A stretch of 64,000 bases of DNA. Source: Desulfatiglandales bacterium (GTDB taxonomy: Bacteria; Desulfobacterota; DSM-4660; Desulfatiglandales; Desulfatiglandaceae). A program made the position numbers and the translations under genes. The notes below the pieces were generated by a model. It did no database searches, was not told the DNA's origin, and saw only the letters and a list, made by a program, of their open reading frames with translations. Location: positions 1,248,001 to 1,312,000 of the forward strand of contig OY759599.1 in assembly GCA_963662465.1 (NCBI GenBank), given 5' to 3'. Each line of letters opens with the position of its first letter. Position 1 is the stretch's first letter. Of this stretch, positions 1 to 9,529 are shown piece by piece.

Positions 1-756
1 GAGATGGCGCTGGTTTCCAGCTTTTTGACTTATATGGTTCTGGAGTATCATGGTCTTCCTTTTTATGTGGCTTTCCCCTCGGCTTTAATTTTTGCGGCAT
101 TCCTGGGGTTTTTTCTGGAGTTCGCGGTTCTCCGGCGGGCTAAGGAACCCAACATCCTGGGGATGATTATTATCACCATCGGCCTTGAGATGATCCTCAT
201 GGGATTCGTTTCCTGGAAATTCGGGGCCGATCCCAAAACCATGCCCTTTCCCCTGTCCCCCTATGACAGCGTTGAAATCGGGGGGATCTTTGTGAGTGCT
301 CTGGAAGTGCTTACCTTTGTGGTGGCCCTGACCGTCATGGTTATCCTGTTTCTGTTCCTGAAATATTCCAAGCTGGGGGTGGCCATGAAGGCCACCCAGC
401 AAAACAATATGGCGGCACGCCTCATGGGGATCAGGACCAATCGGATTCTGATGGTTACCTGGGGGATTTCTTCCATGGTCGGTTGCCTTTCCGGTCTTTT
501 GATCGCTCCCATGACCATGCAGCCTTACATGATGTGGGATCCCATGCTGAAGGGGTTTGCGGGTGCGGTGATGGGCGGCATGACCTCCCTTCCCGGTTCT
601 GTTTTCGGCGCCTATATCATCGGCATCATCGAGAATCTGTTTGGCCTCTATGTGTCCATAGAGTTCAAATCCGTTGTGGCCTTCGCGATTATTGTGGTGG
701 TTCTGTGTCTCAAGCCTTCAGGGCTTTTTGCACGTCATTATGTGAAAAAGGTGTGA
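1..756 (+). CDS. livH: Branched-chain amino acid ABC transporter permease (LivH-like), 5' end probably outside the window
   Basis: Highly hydrophobic, with LivH-type motifs LGVAMKATQQNNMAARLMGI and GGMTSLPGSVFGAYIIG. The frame is open from the window edge. Confidence 0.85.
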   Translation, partial: EMALVSSFLTYMVLEYHGLPFYVAFPSALIFAAFLGFFLEFAVLRRAKEPNILGMIIITIGLEMILMGFVSWKFGADPKTMPFPLSPYDSVEIGGIFVSALEVLTFVVALTVMVILFLFLKYSKLGVAMKATQQNNMAARLMGIRTNRILMVTWGISSMVGCLSGLLIAPMTMQPYMMWDPMLKGFAGAVMGGMTSLPGSVFGAYIIGIIENLFGLYVSIEFKSVVAFAIIVVVLCLKPSGLFARHYVKKV

Positions 757-803
757 GAATTGTGGAGTTTTGAATCGTCAACCATTATGGAAAGGAGAAG
801 GGC

Positions 804-2000
804 ATGAAAACGAAGAGATTTCTGGTGGGATTGGCAGCGGTTGTTCTGGTGTTGGGGATGGCTTTCGCGGCGGGGGCCGAGGAAGGGGTGACGGATACGG
901 AAATCCATATTGGGCAATGGGGGCCTCAGACAGGTCCCGCGGCCCCATGGGGATCCGTGGCCCGGGGGACGGATGCCTACTTCAAGATGATCAATGCCGA
1001 AGGCGGGATCAATGGACGGAAGCTCATCCATCACATGTTTGACGATGGCTATAACCCCGCCAAAACCAAGGCGGGCGTCAAAGAACTACAGGAGGGAACG
1101 GGCATGTTCGCCTGGGTGTCCGGCGTGGGCACGGCCCCCGGGCTATCGGTAATGGATTATCTCATGGAGCGGAAAATCCCCTGGGTAGGGCCTTCCGCGG
1201 GTTCCCTTCACTGGATCGAGCCCCCTCATAAATACCTCTTTGCGGTCTATCCCCTCTATTACATTGAGGCCAAGGGGCTTTGCCGTTATGCGGTGGAGAA
1301 ACTGGGAAAGAAACGCATTGCCATCGCTTACCAGAACGATGATTACGGCAAAAACGGCGTCAAGGGGGCTGCGGAAGAACTGGCGAAAATGGGACTGAAG
1401 CTGGTGGAGCAGATTCCCGTTGAAAAATCTGATACGGACATGAAACCCCATGTCATGAAACTAAAAAAGGCCGAGGCCGATGCGGTGTTGTTGTGGGTGA
1501 CCCCGACCCATGCGGTGCGCATTGTCGGTACCAGCAAAGCCATGAAATTTGCCCCCCAATGGTTGAGCACCAGTACTTGTTCTGATTTTCCGCTGATGTA
1601 CAAAATCAGCAAGGGTCTGTGGGAGGGCGTCATTGCCGCTACCTTTGGGGAGTTGCCGAATGCGGATGATCCCCTGCTCAAAAAATACAAAAAGGATGCC
1701 TACGAAAAATTTGCTGCCAAAGGCGAAAGATGGGGCCTGTTTTTCTATGCGGGCATCATCTTTTCGGAACCCCTGGTGGAAGGCATCAAGCGATGCGGCA
1801 AGGATCTGACCCGCGAAAGACTCGTTAAAGAGATGGAAGGGATCAAGGATTTCAAGGGGATCGGCGGAAAGATCAGCTATGGCCCGCTGGATCTGGCGGA
1901 GCCTTATGCATGTCGCCAGGGCCAGAAAGAGATTTTCCTGGTCAAATGCCTCAAAGGGGGCAAGTATGAGAAACTGACCGACTGGATGGAAATTAAATAA
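804..2000 (+). CDS. ABC transporter periplasmic substrate-binding protein (LivJ/K-like)
   Basis: Signal peptide, then EGVTDTEIHIG..GP.TGPAA, GGINGRKL..DDGYNP and YQNDDYG motifs. GGAG RBS upstream. Confidence 0.9.
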   Translation: MKTKRFLVGLAAVVLVLGMAFAAGAEEGVTDTEIHIGQWGPQTGPAAPWGSVARGTDAYFKMINAEGGINGRKLIHHMFDDGYNPAKTKAGVKELQEGTGMFAWVSGVGTAPGLSVMDYLMERKIPWVGPSAGSLHWIEPPHKYLFAVYPLYYIEAKGLCRYAVEKLGKKRIAIAYQNDDYGKNGVKGAAEELAKMGLKLVEQIPVEKSDTDMKPHVMKLKKAEADAVLLWVTPTHAVRIVGTSKAMKFAPQWLSTSTCSDFPLMYKISKGLWEGVIAATFGELPNADDPLLKKYKKDAYEKFAAKGERWGLFFYAGIIFSEPLVEGIKRCGKDLTRERLVKEMEGIKDFKGIGGKISYGPLDLAEPYACRQGQKEIFLVKCLKGGKYEKLTDWMEIK

Positions 2001-2006
2001 AGGCAT

Positions 2007-2075
2007 GGTTTACGGTTTACGGTTACCGGTTTACGGTCTTAAAAAACCGTGAACCGTGAACCGGCAACCGTAAAC
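2007..2075. repeat. Hairpin built from tandem heptamers (GGTTTAC...GTGAACC), likely a terminator or RNA-stabilising stem
   Basis: GGTTTACGGTTTACGGTTACCGGTTTACGG ... CCGTGAACCGTGAACCGGCAACCGTAAAC directly after the binding-protein stop codon. Same repeat family at 62205-62292. Confidence 0.7.
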
Positions 2076-2098
2076 TGCTGTAATTTCGTGGCGGTTTT

Positions 2099-2890
2099 AT
2101 GGATTTTTTTAAGGTTGAGGACTTAGGCATATCATTCGGCGGCCTGGTGGCCCTGAACGGTATTCATTTCCAGGTTAAGAAAGGTTCCATTTTTGCCATC
2201 ATCGGTCCCAATGGCGCGGGGAAGACAACGCTTTTCAACTGCATTAACGGGATTTACAAACCCAATCGGGGCCGGATTGTTTTTAAGGATATGGAGATTC
2301 AGGGGAAGAAGCCGGATCATGTGGCCAAGTTGGGGATTGCCCGCACCTTTCAGAATATCGAATTGTTTTCCCATATGAGCACCATGGAAAATCTCATGGC
2401 GGGTCGCCATAATTACATGAAGACGGGTCTTTTCAGGGGGTCCTTCATGTGGGGACGCAACTCCTTTGCCGGGCGTGAAGAGGTTTCTCACCGACGAAAG
2501 GTGGAGGAGATCATCGATCTGCTGGATTTGCAGTCCGTGCGCAATAAATTTGTCGGCGGCCTTCCCTACGGCACCCAGAAACAGGTGGAGCTGGGCAGGG
2601 CCCTGGCCCTTGAACCGGAACTGCTGCTGCTGGATGAACCCTGTGCCGGGATGAATTCCGAAGAAAAGCAGGACATGATTTTCTGGGTCAAGGATATCCA
2701 GGATGAACTGGGGGTGACCATTCTGCTCATTGAACACGACATGAAGATGGTCATGGACATTTCGGAACGGATTCTGGTCATTAATTTCGGCAAGCCCATC
2801 ATGGAGGGGAACCCCGAGGAGGTTCAGAAGAACCCCGAGGTTCTGAAGGCCTACCTGGGAGAGGACGAAGCCATTGGCGACGCTGCTTGA
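2099..2890 (+). CDS. livG: ABC transporter ATP-binding protein (LivG-like)
   Basis: Walker A GPNGAGKT, GIARTFQN, LLLLDEP, LIEHDM, C-terminal AYLG. Confidence 0.9.
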   Translation: MDFFKVEDLGISFGGLVALNGIHFQVKKGSIFAIIGPNGAGKTTLFNCINGIYKPNRGRIVFKDMEIQGKKPDHVAKLGIARTFQNIELFSHMSTMENLMAGRHNYMKTGLFRGSFMWGRNSFAGREEVSHRRKVEEIIDLLDLQSVRNKFVGGLPYGTQKQVELGRALALEPELLLLDEPCAGMNSEEKQDMIFWVKDIQDELGVTILLIEHDMKMVMDISERILVINFGKPIMEGNPEEVQKNPEVLKAYLGEDEAIGDAA

Positions 2891-3650
2891 CATCAAGAAC
2901 ATCGAGACCTTCTATGGCTTGATCTACGCCTTGAGAGGCGTATCCCTTGCCGTGGAAGAGGGGACCATTACCGCGATCCTGGGGAATAACGGCGCCGGCA
3001 AGTCCACCATTTTGAAAACGGTGATGGGTCTTTTAGATGATCAACCCGACAAGGGAACCATCGAATTCTTAGGAAAGCGCATTGACGGAAAAGACCCGGA
3101 GGTCATTGTCAGACGGGGCATTTCTTATGTCCCCGAGGGACGGGAAGTGTTTGAAGAATTGACCGTTCGGGAAAATCTTTTGATGGGCGCCTACATCCGC
3201 CGGGATCGATCGGGCATCAAGAAGGACGTGGAAGAGATTTTCGGACATTTTCCGGTTTTGAAGGATCGACACGGTCAATGGGCGGGCACCCTGTCCGGGG
3301 GTGAGCAGCAGATGCTGGCAATGGGCCGTGCCTTGATGAACCGCCCGAAACTTCTTTTTCTGGATGAACCCTCTCTCGGGCTTTCGCCGCTTCTGGTGAA
3401 AGAGATCTTCAAGATTATCCGCACCATCAACAAGGGGGGCATGACGATCCTTTTGGTGGAGCAGAATGCGCGCATGGCCCTTTCCATATCCTATATGGGA
3501 TTGATCCTGGAAAACGGGCGGTTTGTCATGAAGGGAAAATCCCAGGAATTGATGGAAGACCGGGATGTAAAGGAATTCTACATGGGCATTCGGAGTGAAG
3601 AATCCGCCAAGGGTTTTCAACGGTGGAAACGGAAGAAACGATGGCGATAG
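2874..3650 (+). CDS. livF: ABC transporter ATP-binding protein (LivF-like)
   Basis: GNNGAGKST, VPEGR, LSGGEQQMLA, LDEPSLGL, LVEQN. Confidence 0.9.
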   Translation: MATLLDIKNIETFYGLIYALRGVSLAVEEGTITAILGNNGAGKSTILKTVMGLLDDQPDKGTIEFLGKRIDGKDPEVIVRRGISYVPEGREVFEELTVRENLLMGAYIRRDRSGIKKDVEEIFGHFPVLKDRHGQWAGTLSGGEQQMLAMGRALMNRPKLLFLDEPSLGLSPLLVKEIFKIIRTINKGGMTILLVEQNARMALSISYMGLILENGRFVMKGKSQELMEDRDVKEFYMGIRSEESAKGFQRWKRKKRWR

Positions 3651-3666
3651 TTGGAGGTACTCCTTA

Positions 3667-5478
3667 ATGGCCATTGAAACCGCACCGTTGATGTTCAAAA
3701 AGACTGCCCTGAAATACGGCGACCGGGTGGCCCTGCGCCGCAAGGAGTATGGGCTCTGGAAGGATATTTCCTGGAACGACTATTATCGTCAGGCCAGGTG
3801 TGTGGGGTCGGCGCTCATGGATATGGGGCTGGAACCGGGGGATTGCGTCTCCATCATCGGCGATAACTGCCCGGAATGGGTCATTATCGATATGGCGGTT
3901 CAGTGCGTGGGCGGCACGGCAGTGGGGGTCTATTCCACCAATGCCTGGCCCCAGGTGGAGTATGTGATCGGCAATTCGGATTCTAAATTTTTCTTCGTGG
4001 AAAATGAAGAGCAACTGGATAAATGGCTCCAGTTTCGGGATAACGTACCCCATCTTAAAAAGGTCATTGTGTGGGATCTGGAAGGCTTGCGGCATTTTGA
4101 AGACCCCATGGTCATGACCTATGAAGAAATTCTTGAGATGGGGCGTCTAGCCGTGGAAGAGGTTCCGAATCGCTTTGAAACGCGCATTGCCCGGGTGCAG
4201 CCGGAAGATGTTTCCATGCTCATTTATACCTCCGGCACCACCGGGCCGCCCAAAGGGGCCATGCTGACCCACCGGAACCTCATGTGGATGGGGCAGGCCA
4301 TTACCACGGAAAACCCCATGAATGACGAAGACGAGGTCCTTTCTTTTTTGCCCCTGTGCCACGTTTTTGAACAGCTCTTTTCGGTCATGGGGCATATTAC
4401 CCATGGTTACACCGTCAATTTTATCGAGAATCTGGAGACGGTGACGGACAATATGATCGAGGTGTCCCCCACCGTGGGGTATGCGGTGCCCCGTATCTGG
4501 GAGAAATATCTCTCAGCGGTGTATATCCGCATGTCCGATGCCACCTGGTTTAAGAAAATGGTTTTCGGCATGGCCCTCAAAACGGGCAAGAAGCGGGCCT
4601 CCCTGATGATGGATTTCAAACCGGTCCCCGGCCTTCTGGCGCTTTTCTACAACCTGGCGCATTTTGTGGTATTTCGAAAGCTCAAGGAACGGTTGGGGTT
4701 TGACCGTATGCGCATTGCCTATTCAGGGGCCGCGCCCATTTCGCCGGATGTCCTTCATTTTTTCCAGTCCATCGGGGTGAACCTGGTGGAAGGGTACGGC
4801 CAGACCGAGGGGACCGGGGTGACTTGCGTATCACGGGTGGGAAAAGTCAAATTCGGCACCGTGGGACCTCCGATTACGGGAACCCAAATCAGAATTGCCG
4901 AGGATGGCGAGATCCTGGTGAAATCCCCCAGCGTTTTCAAGGGATACTACAAAAACCCGGAAGAAACCGCCAAAACCATTCAGGACGGCTGGCTTTATTC
5001 CGGCGATGTGGGCGAGATTGATGAGGATGGGTATCTCAAGATCACGGATCGGAAAAAGGATATCATCGTAACGGCGGGCGGAAAGAACATCACGCCCCAG
5101 TACATTGAAAACAAATTGAAATTCAGTCCCTACATCAACGATGCGGTGGTTATTGGGGACCAGCGAAAGTTTATTTCAGCGCTTATTATGATTGACGAGG
5201 ACAACGTGGTCAAATTCGCGCAGGACCACAAGGTCCAGTTTTCTACCTACAAAGACCTGACCCAAAGCCCGGAAATCAATAAAATGATCTGGAAGGAAGT
5301 TTCCGATGTGAATGATACCCTGGCACGTGTCGAGCAGATCAAGAAATTCACCATCCTGCCCAAGAAACTCTATGAGGAGGATGGGGAGGTTACCCCCACC
5401 ATGAAGGTCAAGCGAGGCTACGTGAATGAGGCCTTCGGAGACCTGATCGAGGCCATGTATAAACGGCCGAAGGTTTAG
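3667..5478 (+). CDS. Long-chain fatty-acid--CoA ligase (AMP-binding)
   Basis: AMP-binding signature YTSGTTGPPKG, plus GYGQTE, SGDVG and ITDRKKD..GGKNI. GGAGG RBS before ATG 3667. Confidence 0.9.
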   Translation: MAIETAPLMFKKTALKYGDRVALRRKEYGLWKDISWNDYYRQARCVGSALMDMGLEPGDCVSIIGDNCPEWVIIDMAVQCVGGTAVGVYSTNAWPQVEYVIGNSDSKFFFVENEEQLDKWLQFRDNVPHLKKVIVWDLEGLRHFEDPMVMTYEEILEMGRLAVEEVPNRFETRIARVQPEDVSMLIYTSGTTGPPKGAMLTHRNLMWMGQAITTENPMNDEDEVLSFLPLCHVFEQLFSVMGHITHGYTVNFIENLETVTDNMIEVSPTVGYAVPRIWEKYLSAVYIRMSDATWFKKMVFGMALKTGKKRASLMMDFKPVPGLLALFYNLAHFVVFRKLKERLGFDRMRIAYSGAAPISPDVLHFFQSIGVNLVEGYGQTEGTGVTCVSRVGKVKFGTVGPPITGTQIRIAEDGEILVKSPSVFKGYYKNPEETAKTIQDGWLYSGDVGEIDEDGYLKITDRKKDIIVTAGGKNITPQYIENKLKFSPYINDAVVIGDQRKFISALIMIDEDNVVKFAQDHKVQFSTYKDLTQSPEINKMIWKEVSDVNDTLARVEQIKKFTILPKKLYEEDGEVTPTMKVKRGYVNEAFGDLIEAMYKRPKV

Positions 5479-5600
5479 TCAAAGACCAGCAATTCTATGT
5501 ATGGGGACTTACCGATAACAAACCAGTCAGGAAATCCCTCATAATCCCCTGCCGGGTTTCCGAAATCTCATGCGTCAGGACTTTGGCGGTAATTAAGAGC

Positions 5601-5635
5601 TTGACAGCGAGTCCTCTGAAATATAAAAGTATAAC
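5601..5635 (+). promoter_or_regulatory. Probable sigma70-type promoter of the tRNA
   Basis: Perfect TTGACA at 5601-5606, followed by AT-rich TATAAAAGTATAAC just before the tRNA. The exact -10 register is ambiguous. Confidence 0.5.
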
Positions 5636-5639
5636 TTTA

Positions 5640-5727
5640 GCCTGGGTGGCGGAATTGGTAGACGCAAGGGACTTAAAATCCCTCGGAGGTTTCCTCCGTA
5701 CGAGTTCGATTCTCGTCCTAGGCACCA
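5640..5727 (+). tRNA. tRNA-Leu (anticodon TAA)
   Basis: Acceptor GCCTGGG/CCTAGGC-A-CCA, D-loop GGAATTGGTAGAC, anticodon arm AGGGA-CT-TAA-AA-TCCCT, long variable arm GGAGGTTTCCTCC, T-arm with GTTCGATT. Confidence 0.97.
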
Positions 5728-5747
5728 CATAGGCTTCCTGTAAAAAC

Positions 5748-5927
5748 CTATGAAGACTTTAAGCCCTTATTATCACTAGATAATTGGGGTTTTTTGTTCC
5801 TATGCCTACCTAAGAAAGCTATTGACCTCCGACATTCCTTTTTGCTTTTCGATGATTCATAATACGATTTTCCATCTCTGTAATATTTCAACCAAAAAAT
5901 ATTTCCCTGTTTGTAAACCATTCCCAT
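5748..5927 (-). pseudogene. Truncated tyrosine integrase N-terminus (arm-binding-like fragment)
   Basis: MGMVYKQGNIFWLKYYRDGKSYYESS resembles the N-termini of phage integrases. It runs off into unrelated sequence beside the tRNA. Confidence 0.6.
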
Positions 5928-6070
5928 AAACAAAGTCCCTCACTTCCCCCTGTTGATAATGATCAGGAAACCGGGCAGGGAACCCGGCGTTCGGTTGCGC
6001 TTGCCTATCCTGAGGATGATTTATCTTTGAATCTTCCGTAAACCCACGTCCCTGTCAATAAAAAATTGTC
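5882..6070. repeat. Imperfect direct repeat copy 1 (integrase 5' end, leader and promoter)
   Basis: Aligns by eye with 7595-7767 over its whole length (AATATTTCAACCAAAA...CACTTCCCCCTGTTGATAATG.TCAGGAAACC...GCGCTTGCCTATCCTGAG...CCCTGTCAATAAAAA). Confidence 0.85.
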
Positions 6071-6083
6071 GATGGACAGCCCG

Positions 6084-6530
6084 TTAGTGCCGCTTGCTGA
6101 TACACTTCCCATCCAGGTCCCGCAATTCATCACATAAATCACTGGTGTCAATTGCCTCATACCAATAATCCAGAAGCGGCGTCAGATTCAATTCGACAAA
6201 CCGTTTCACCTCATCAAGGTCAAATGCATCCAGATAATACCCAGGCAGCACCTGGATTCCCGGGTAAAATTGAACAGGGATTGAGTCCTCAAAAAATACT
6301 CTTCTTCCGGGGATATTTGCAACCGTCAAAGTTGGCTCCCAATCGGTTCTCATTTGCGAAATGATGAATATTTTCCGGCTTGTTTTGAACGTTTCAGGAA
6401 AAAAAATACACCTACTCCATCGAAATTGTTGTTGCCAATCGTTTTTCATGGTAAAATCCTTTCGTATTCTTGATGGGGCGAAGGCGTTCTTCTTATTCCC
6501 CATTGGGGTGGCAGAATTTGAAAGGCCCAC
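6084..6530 (-). CDS. Hypothetical protein (mobile-element remnant), start uncertain
   Basis: 148-aa ORF with a protein-like C-terminal half (DLDEVKRFVELNLTPLLDYWYEAIDTSDL). No family recognised. Confidence 0.3.
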   Translation of the reverse strand: MGLSNSATPMGNKKNAFAPSRIRKDFTMKNDWQQQFRWSRCIFFPETFKTSRKIFIISQMRTDWEPTLTVANIPGRRVFFEDSIPVQFYPGIQVLPGYYLDAFDLDEVKRFVELNLTPLLDYWYEAIDTSDLCDELRDLDGKCISKRH

Positions 6531-6849
6531 TTACGAGCCGACCGGATTGTAAGTCCTTACGGACTGAAACCACGGTAGTCCATAGTGAGCCTTGTTTACG
6601 AATTTTCCGCTCCCACATTGGAATAGCAATCAGATTTCCCGTGTGCGTAGGCAGAGACTCTGGCGAAGTTCTGTTCATCGGAAGATTCAAAAACCGTGAT
6701 TGCTTTGGCCCTGAGCGCCGCGAAGCTCTTCTCCCGGCTTCATAGAAGGGCTTTTCAAAGGGGAGACTGCGCCGGGCAGTTTCTGAGCGGGTGCGCTTCG
6801 CTCCCAAAGCATCTTCCTGTTAACCACTGGCCACCAAAGTGAGGTGAGT

Positions 6850-7089
6850 ATGGCTGCTACCATCACGTTTGATACTCTGAAATTCGTTAAAAGGCTTAAA
6901 GCTTCCGGTTTTGCAGAAGAACAGGCAGAGGCACTTTCCGATGCTTTCAAAGAATCCCAGGAAACAACCATTGCCGATCTTGCCACAAAAACGGATCTGA
7001 AAGAACTTGAAATGCGTCTCACATTCCGCATGGGGCTTATGTTGGCGGCTTCTATCGGAATTGTGGCCGCACTGGTTAAACTTCTGTAA
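6850..7089 (+). CDS. DUF1640/CCDC90-like coiled-coil membrane-anchored protein
   Basis: FDTLKFVKRLKASGF.EEQAEA...LATK.DL plus a C-terminal TM helix. GAGG RBS. Confidence 0.8.
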   Translation: MAATITFDTLKFVKRLKASGFAEEQAEALSDAFKESQETTIADLATKTDLKELEMRLTFRMGLMLAASIGIVAALVKLL

Positions 7090-7098
7090 GCATCTTCC

Positions 7099-7296
7099 TT
7101 AAACCCGGCGAAGGAAGTCCTCTAAGACAAAAATTTTCCGCATTCGAAACCTGAGAGGGCTTTCCACCATCGCAATAGCCTTCATGTTTTCGTTTTCCGA
7201 AACAAACCACGGGCCTTCACACCCCGGAACATCTTCTATCCATTCAGGGATCTCTAAACCCATTTCATCGCATAAATATTCAACGGTAGAAGCCAA
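7099..7296 (-). pseudogene. Fragment of a conserved hypothetical (toxin-antitoxin-associated-like) protein
   Basis: LASTVEYLC....PEW......PWFVS.......A.VESP..FR.RKIFV..DFL.RV looks like a protein C-terminus. No intact 5' end in frame. Confidence 0.35.
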
Positions 7297-7594
7297 TAGA
7301 GCGTCAATCCGCTCATTGTCCAGGGTAAAGGTTCCTGAAGGAATAATGTGTCCCTGTAGCGCCTGAAATCAAAAACAAAATCCATGAAATACACTTCCCA
7401 CCATTCAGGGTTGTCGATCATATCTTGTTTGATCGTTGGAAGGTCGAAAGAACCTTCGCTTGGCTACAACGAAAGTACGGAAGGCTGGTTGTCCGATGGG
7501 AGCGGCGCAACAAATATTGGAAAGGATTTGTCATGTTTGCTATCTGTCTCTTATGGGTCGACCTCCTCGCATGATTTTTGGGATAGGTTCCTGA

Positions 7595-7767
7595 AATATT
7601 TCAACCAAAAGATATTTCCCCGTTTGTATACCATTCCCGTAAATCCCTCACTTCCCCCTGTTGATAATGCTCAGGAAACCCGACGTTCGGCTGCGCTTGC
7701 CTATCCTGAGCATGTTTTACCCTGAATCTTCCGTGTAAAAGTACATCCCTGTCAATAAAAAGTTGTC
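7595..7767. repeat. Imperfect direct repeat copy 2 (second integrase 5' remnant and leader)
   Basis: Matches 5882-6070. The minus strand encodes GMVYKRGNIFWLKYFR and then diverges. Confidence 0.85.
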
Positions 7768-7823
7768 CCTGACTTTCCCCCATGGTAGAATTCGTCATAT
7801 CCATTTCAAGAAAGGGGTTCATC

Positions 7824-8147
7824 ATGGGTGCCACCATAACGTTTGATACACTCAAATTCGTTAAACACCTAAAAGCCGCTGGGTTCAATGAAACACAAGC
7901 AGAGGCACTTTCCGACGTACAGAAAGAATCTTTAACTGAAATTATTGAAGACCGTCTGGCCACCAAAAAAGACCTGAAAGAGACTGAAACGGCCCTCAAG
8001 GGCGATATTGGTCGGGTTGAAAAGGACATTTCCGAAATTAAAAGCGAACAGATAAAACTCACGGGAGAGATTAATCTCATCAAATGGATGATGGGTTTTG
8101 TCCTTGCCGGTATTGCCGCGCTCATTCTGAAAACTTTCTTTGTGTAA
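7824..8147 (+). CDS. DUF1640/CCDC90-like protein (second paralog)
   Basis: MGATITFDTLKFVKHLKAAGFNETQAEAL...LATKKDL...IKWMMGFVLAG, paralogous to 6850-7089. Confidence 0.8.
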   Translation: MGATITFDTLKFVKHLKAAGFNETQAEALSDVQKESLTEIIEDRLATKKDLKETETALKGDIGRVEKDISEIKSEQIKLTGEINLIKWMMGFVLAGIAALILKTFFV

Positions 8148-8442
8148 TTGTTGCTACCCTGGTTCAGCTATGTTTAGGATATCGGATCGTTGCTTTTCTT
8201 GGACAAGGTTTATGACATGCTCGGTTTCCGTAAATGCGATCTCACTCGAAATATCCTTTAACAGTTTCACAGGGGGGGGTCGGATTATCCCTACGGGTAT
8301 GAAGCCGTTTTCCCGCCTCTTTCGCCCAATAACCAAGCGCTGCATGGATTGGCCGAGTGCGGTGTTGGTTGATTTTATGGGCGCACTGTTTTAGGATAGC
8401 CAAAACACATCAGCGGCTTTTTGAGGGTCTTCGCATATTATT

Positions 8443-9480
8443 ATGGCGGAAATACAAGGGGACAATCCCATCAGGATCTGGCTGGGGACAACCGAAGCCC
8501 AAACCGTGATTCGAAGGGCGTCCCGGCAGATCGCCGGTGAAGTTCGATTGAGAAGCCTTTCCCTCAATTTTTTGCAAAAGGATTTTTTGGGCCAAAGCCA
8601 TGAATCAGAGCTGTTAAACGACATTATCTCTGAACTGTCCCTTTTCATTTTGGAGAATGCAACCAGATGGCGAGACCAGTTTCAGCCGCAACATCCCCAT
8701 GCCCATATATACCTGAAAAAGGCCTTCATATCCCATTGGATTTCCAGGACCCGCAGGGCCGACCGCGATCCCAAACGGCATGTATACCGGCGGGTTCAGA
8801 TGCTCTTGAAACAGGCGCCGGGATTTTTTACCCATTCCGATAACAATCAAAAAACCGCTTTCAGCCGGATGGCGGAAAACGGGAAAATCTCCCGGTTGCT
8901 GGAAGACGATCTGGACGAAATCCCTTTCCCCCCGGTGGAATGCGACTACGAATCCATCAATCGGAAAGCCGTTCTGCTGGATCTTGCGGGCTATTTCTGG
9001 GATCGGGTCTCCGCCATGTGGGAAGGTCGGCCCGTGTGGGTGGATCTCAGGGATTTCACCAATTGGCTCGAACGCTTTGTTTTTCTGGGCGGTGCCATCC
9101 AGGAAGGCGGCGGGGTTTACGAGGATGATCCGCTGGACCGGCTTCCCCATCCCGGACCCGGTCCGGACCGGATCCCGGTTGATCCCGAACGGATCAGGTG
9201 CATGGCCCACCGGTTTGCCCGGGGGTTGGATGCAAAGGAAAAAACCGTATTTTTTATGATTCACGAAACGGATGCCCCGTTGCGGGAGGTTGCCCTGGCA
9301 GTGGGGTACAAGGGAAGCTCCGGTCCCAAATATGCGCTGGATCGGATCCATGAGCGGCTCGGGACGCTTCTCAGGGAAGAACCGGCCTTTGCGCCGGGGG
9401 AAACGGACCGGGAGGAGGCCTTTTCCCTCTTTTTCCACACCCTGCTGTCGATTTTGAAAAACCGGGACAAAAGGCCGTAA
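8443..9480 (+). CDS. Putative ECF-like RNA polymerase sigma factor with an enlarged linker
   Basis: Region-2-like LLNDIISELSLFILE...YLKKAFISHWISRTRR. Region-4 HTH-like LDAKEKTVFFMIHETDAPLREVALAVGYKGSSGPKYALDRIHERL. Confidence 0.7.
   Translation: MAEIQGDNPIRIWLGTTEAQTVIRRASRQIAGEVRLRSLSLNFLQKDFLGQSHESELLNDIISELSLFILENATRWRDQFQPQHPHAHIYLKKAFISHWISRTRRADRDPKRHVYRRVQMLLKQAPGFFTHSDNNQKTAFSRMAENGKISRLLEDDLDEIPFPPVECDYESINRKAVLLDLAGYFWDRVSAMWEGRPVWVDLRDFTNWLERFVFLGGAIQEGGGVYEDDPLDRLPHPGPGPDRIPVDPERIRCMAHRFARGLDAKEKTVFFMIHETDAPLREVALAVGYKGSSGPKYALDRIHERLGTLLREEPAFAPGETDREEAFSLFFHTLLSILKNRDKRP
9452..9480 (+). promoter_or_regulatory. ECF-type promoter motif copy 1 (overlaps sigma stop codon, upstream of putative anti-sigma)
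   Basis: TTTTGAAAAACCGGGACAAAAGGCCGTAA: TGAA at 9455, GCCGTAA at 9474 (offset 19). Confidence 0.75.
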
Positions 9481-9529
9481 ACCAAGGAATAAGGGAAGGC
9501 CCGAACAGCACTTTCCACATGGACAGGAA

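Noticed and set aside
5495..5728. 77-aa minus-strand ORF
   Set aside because: Antisense to the tRNA-Leu gene.
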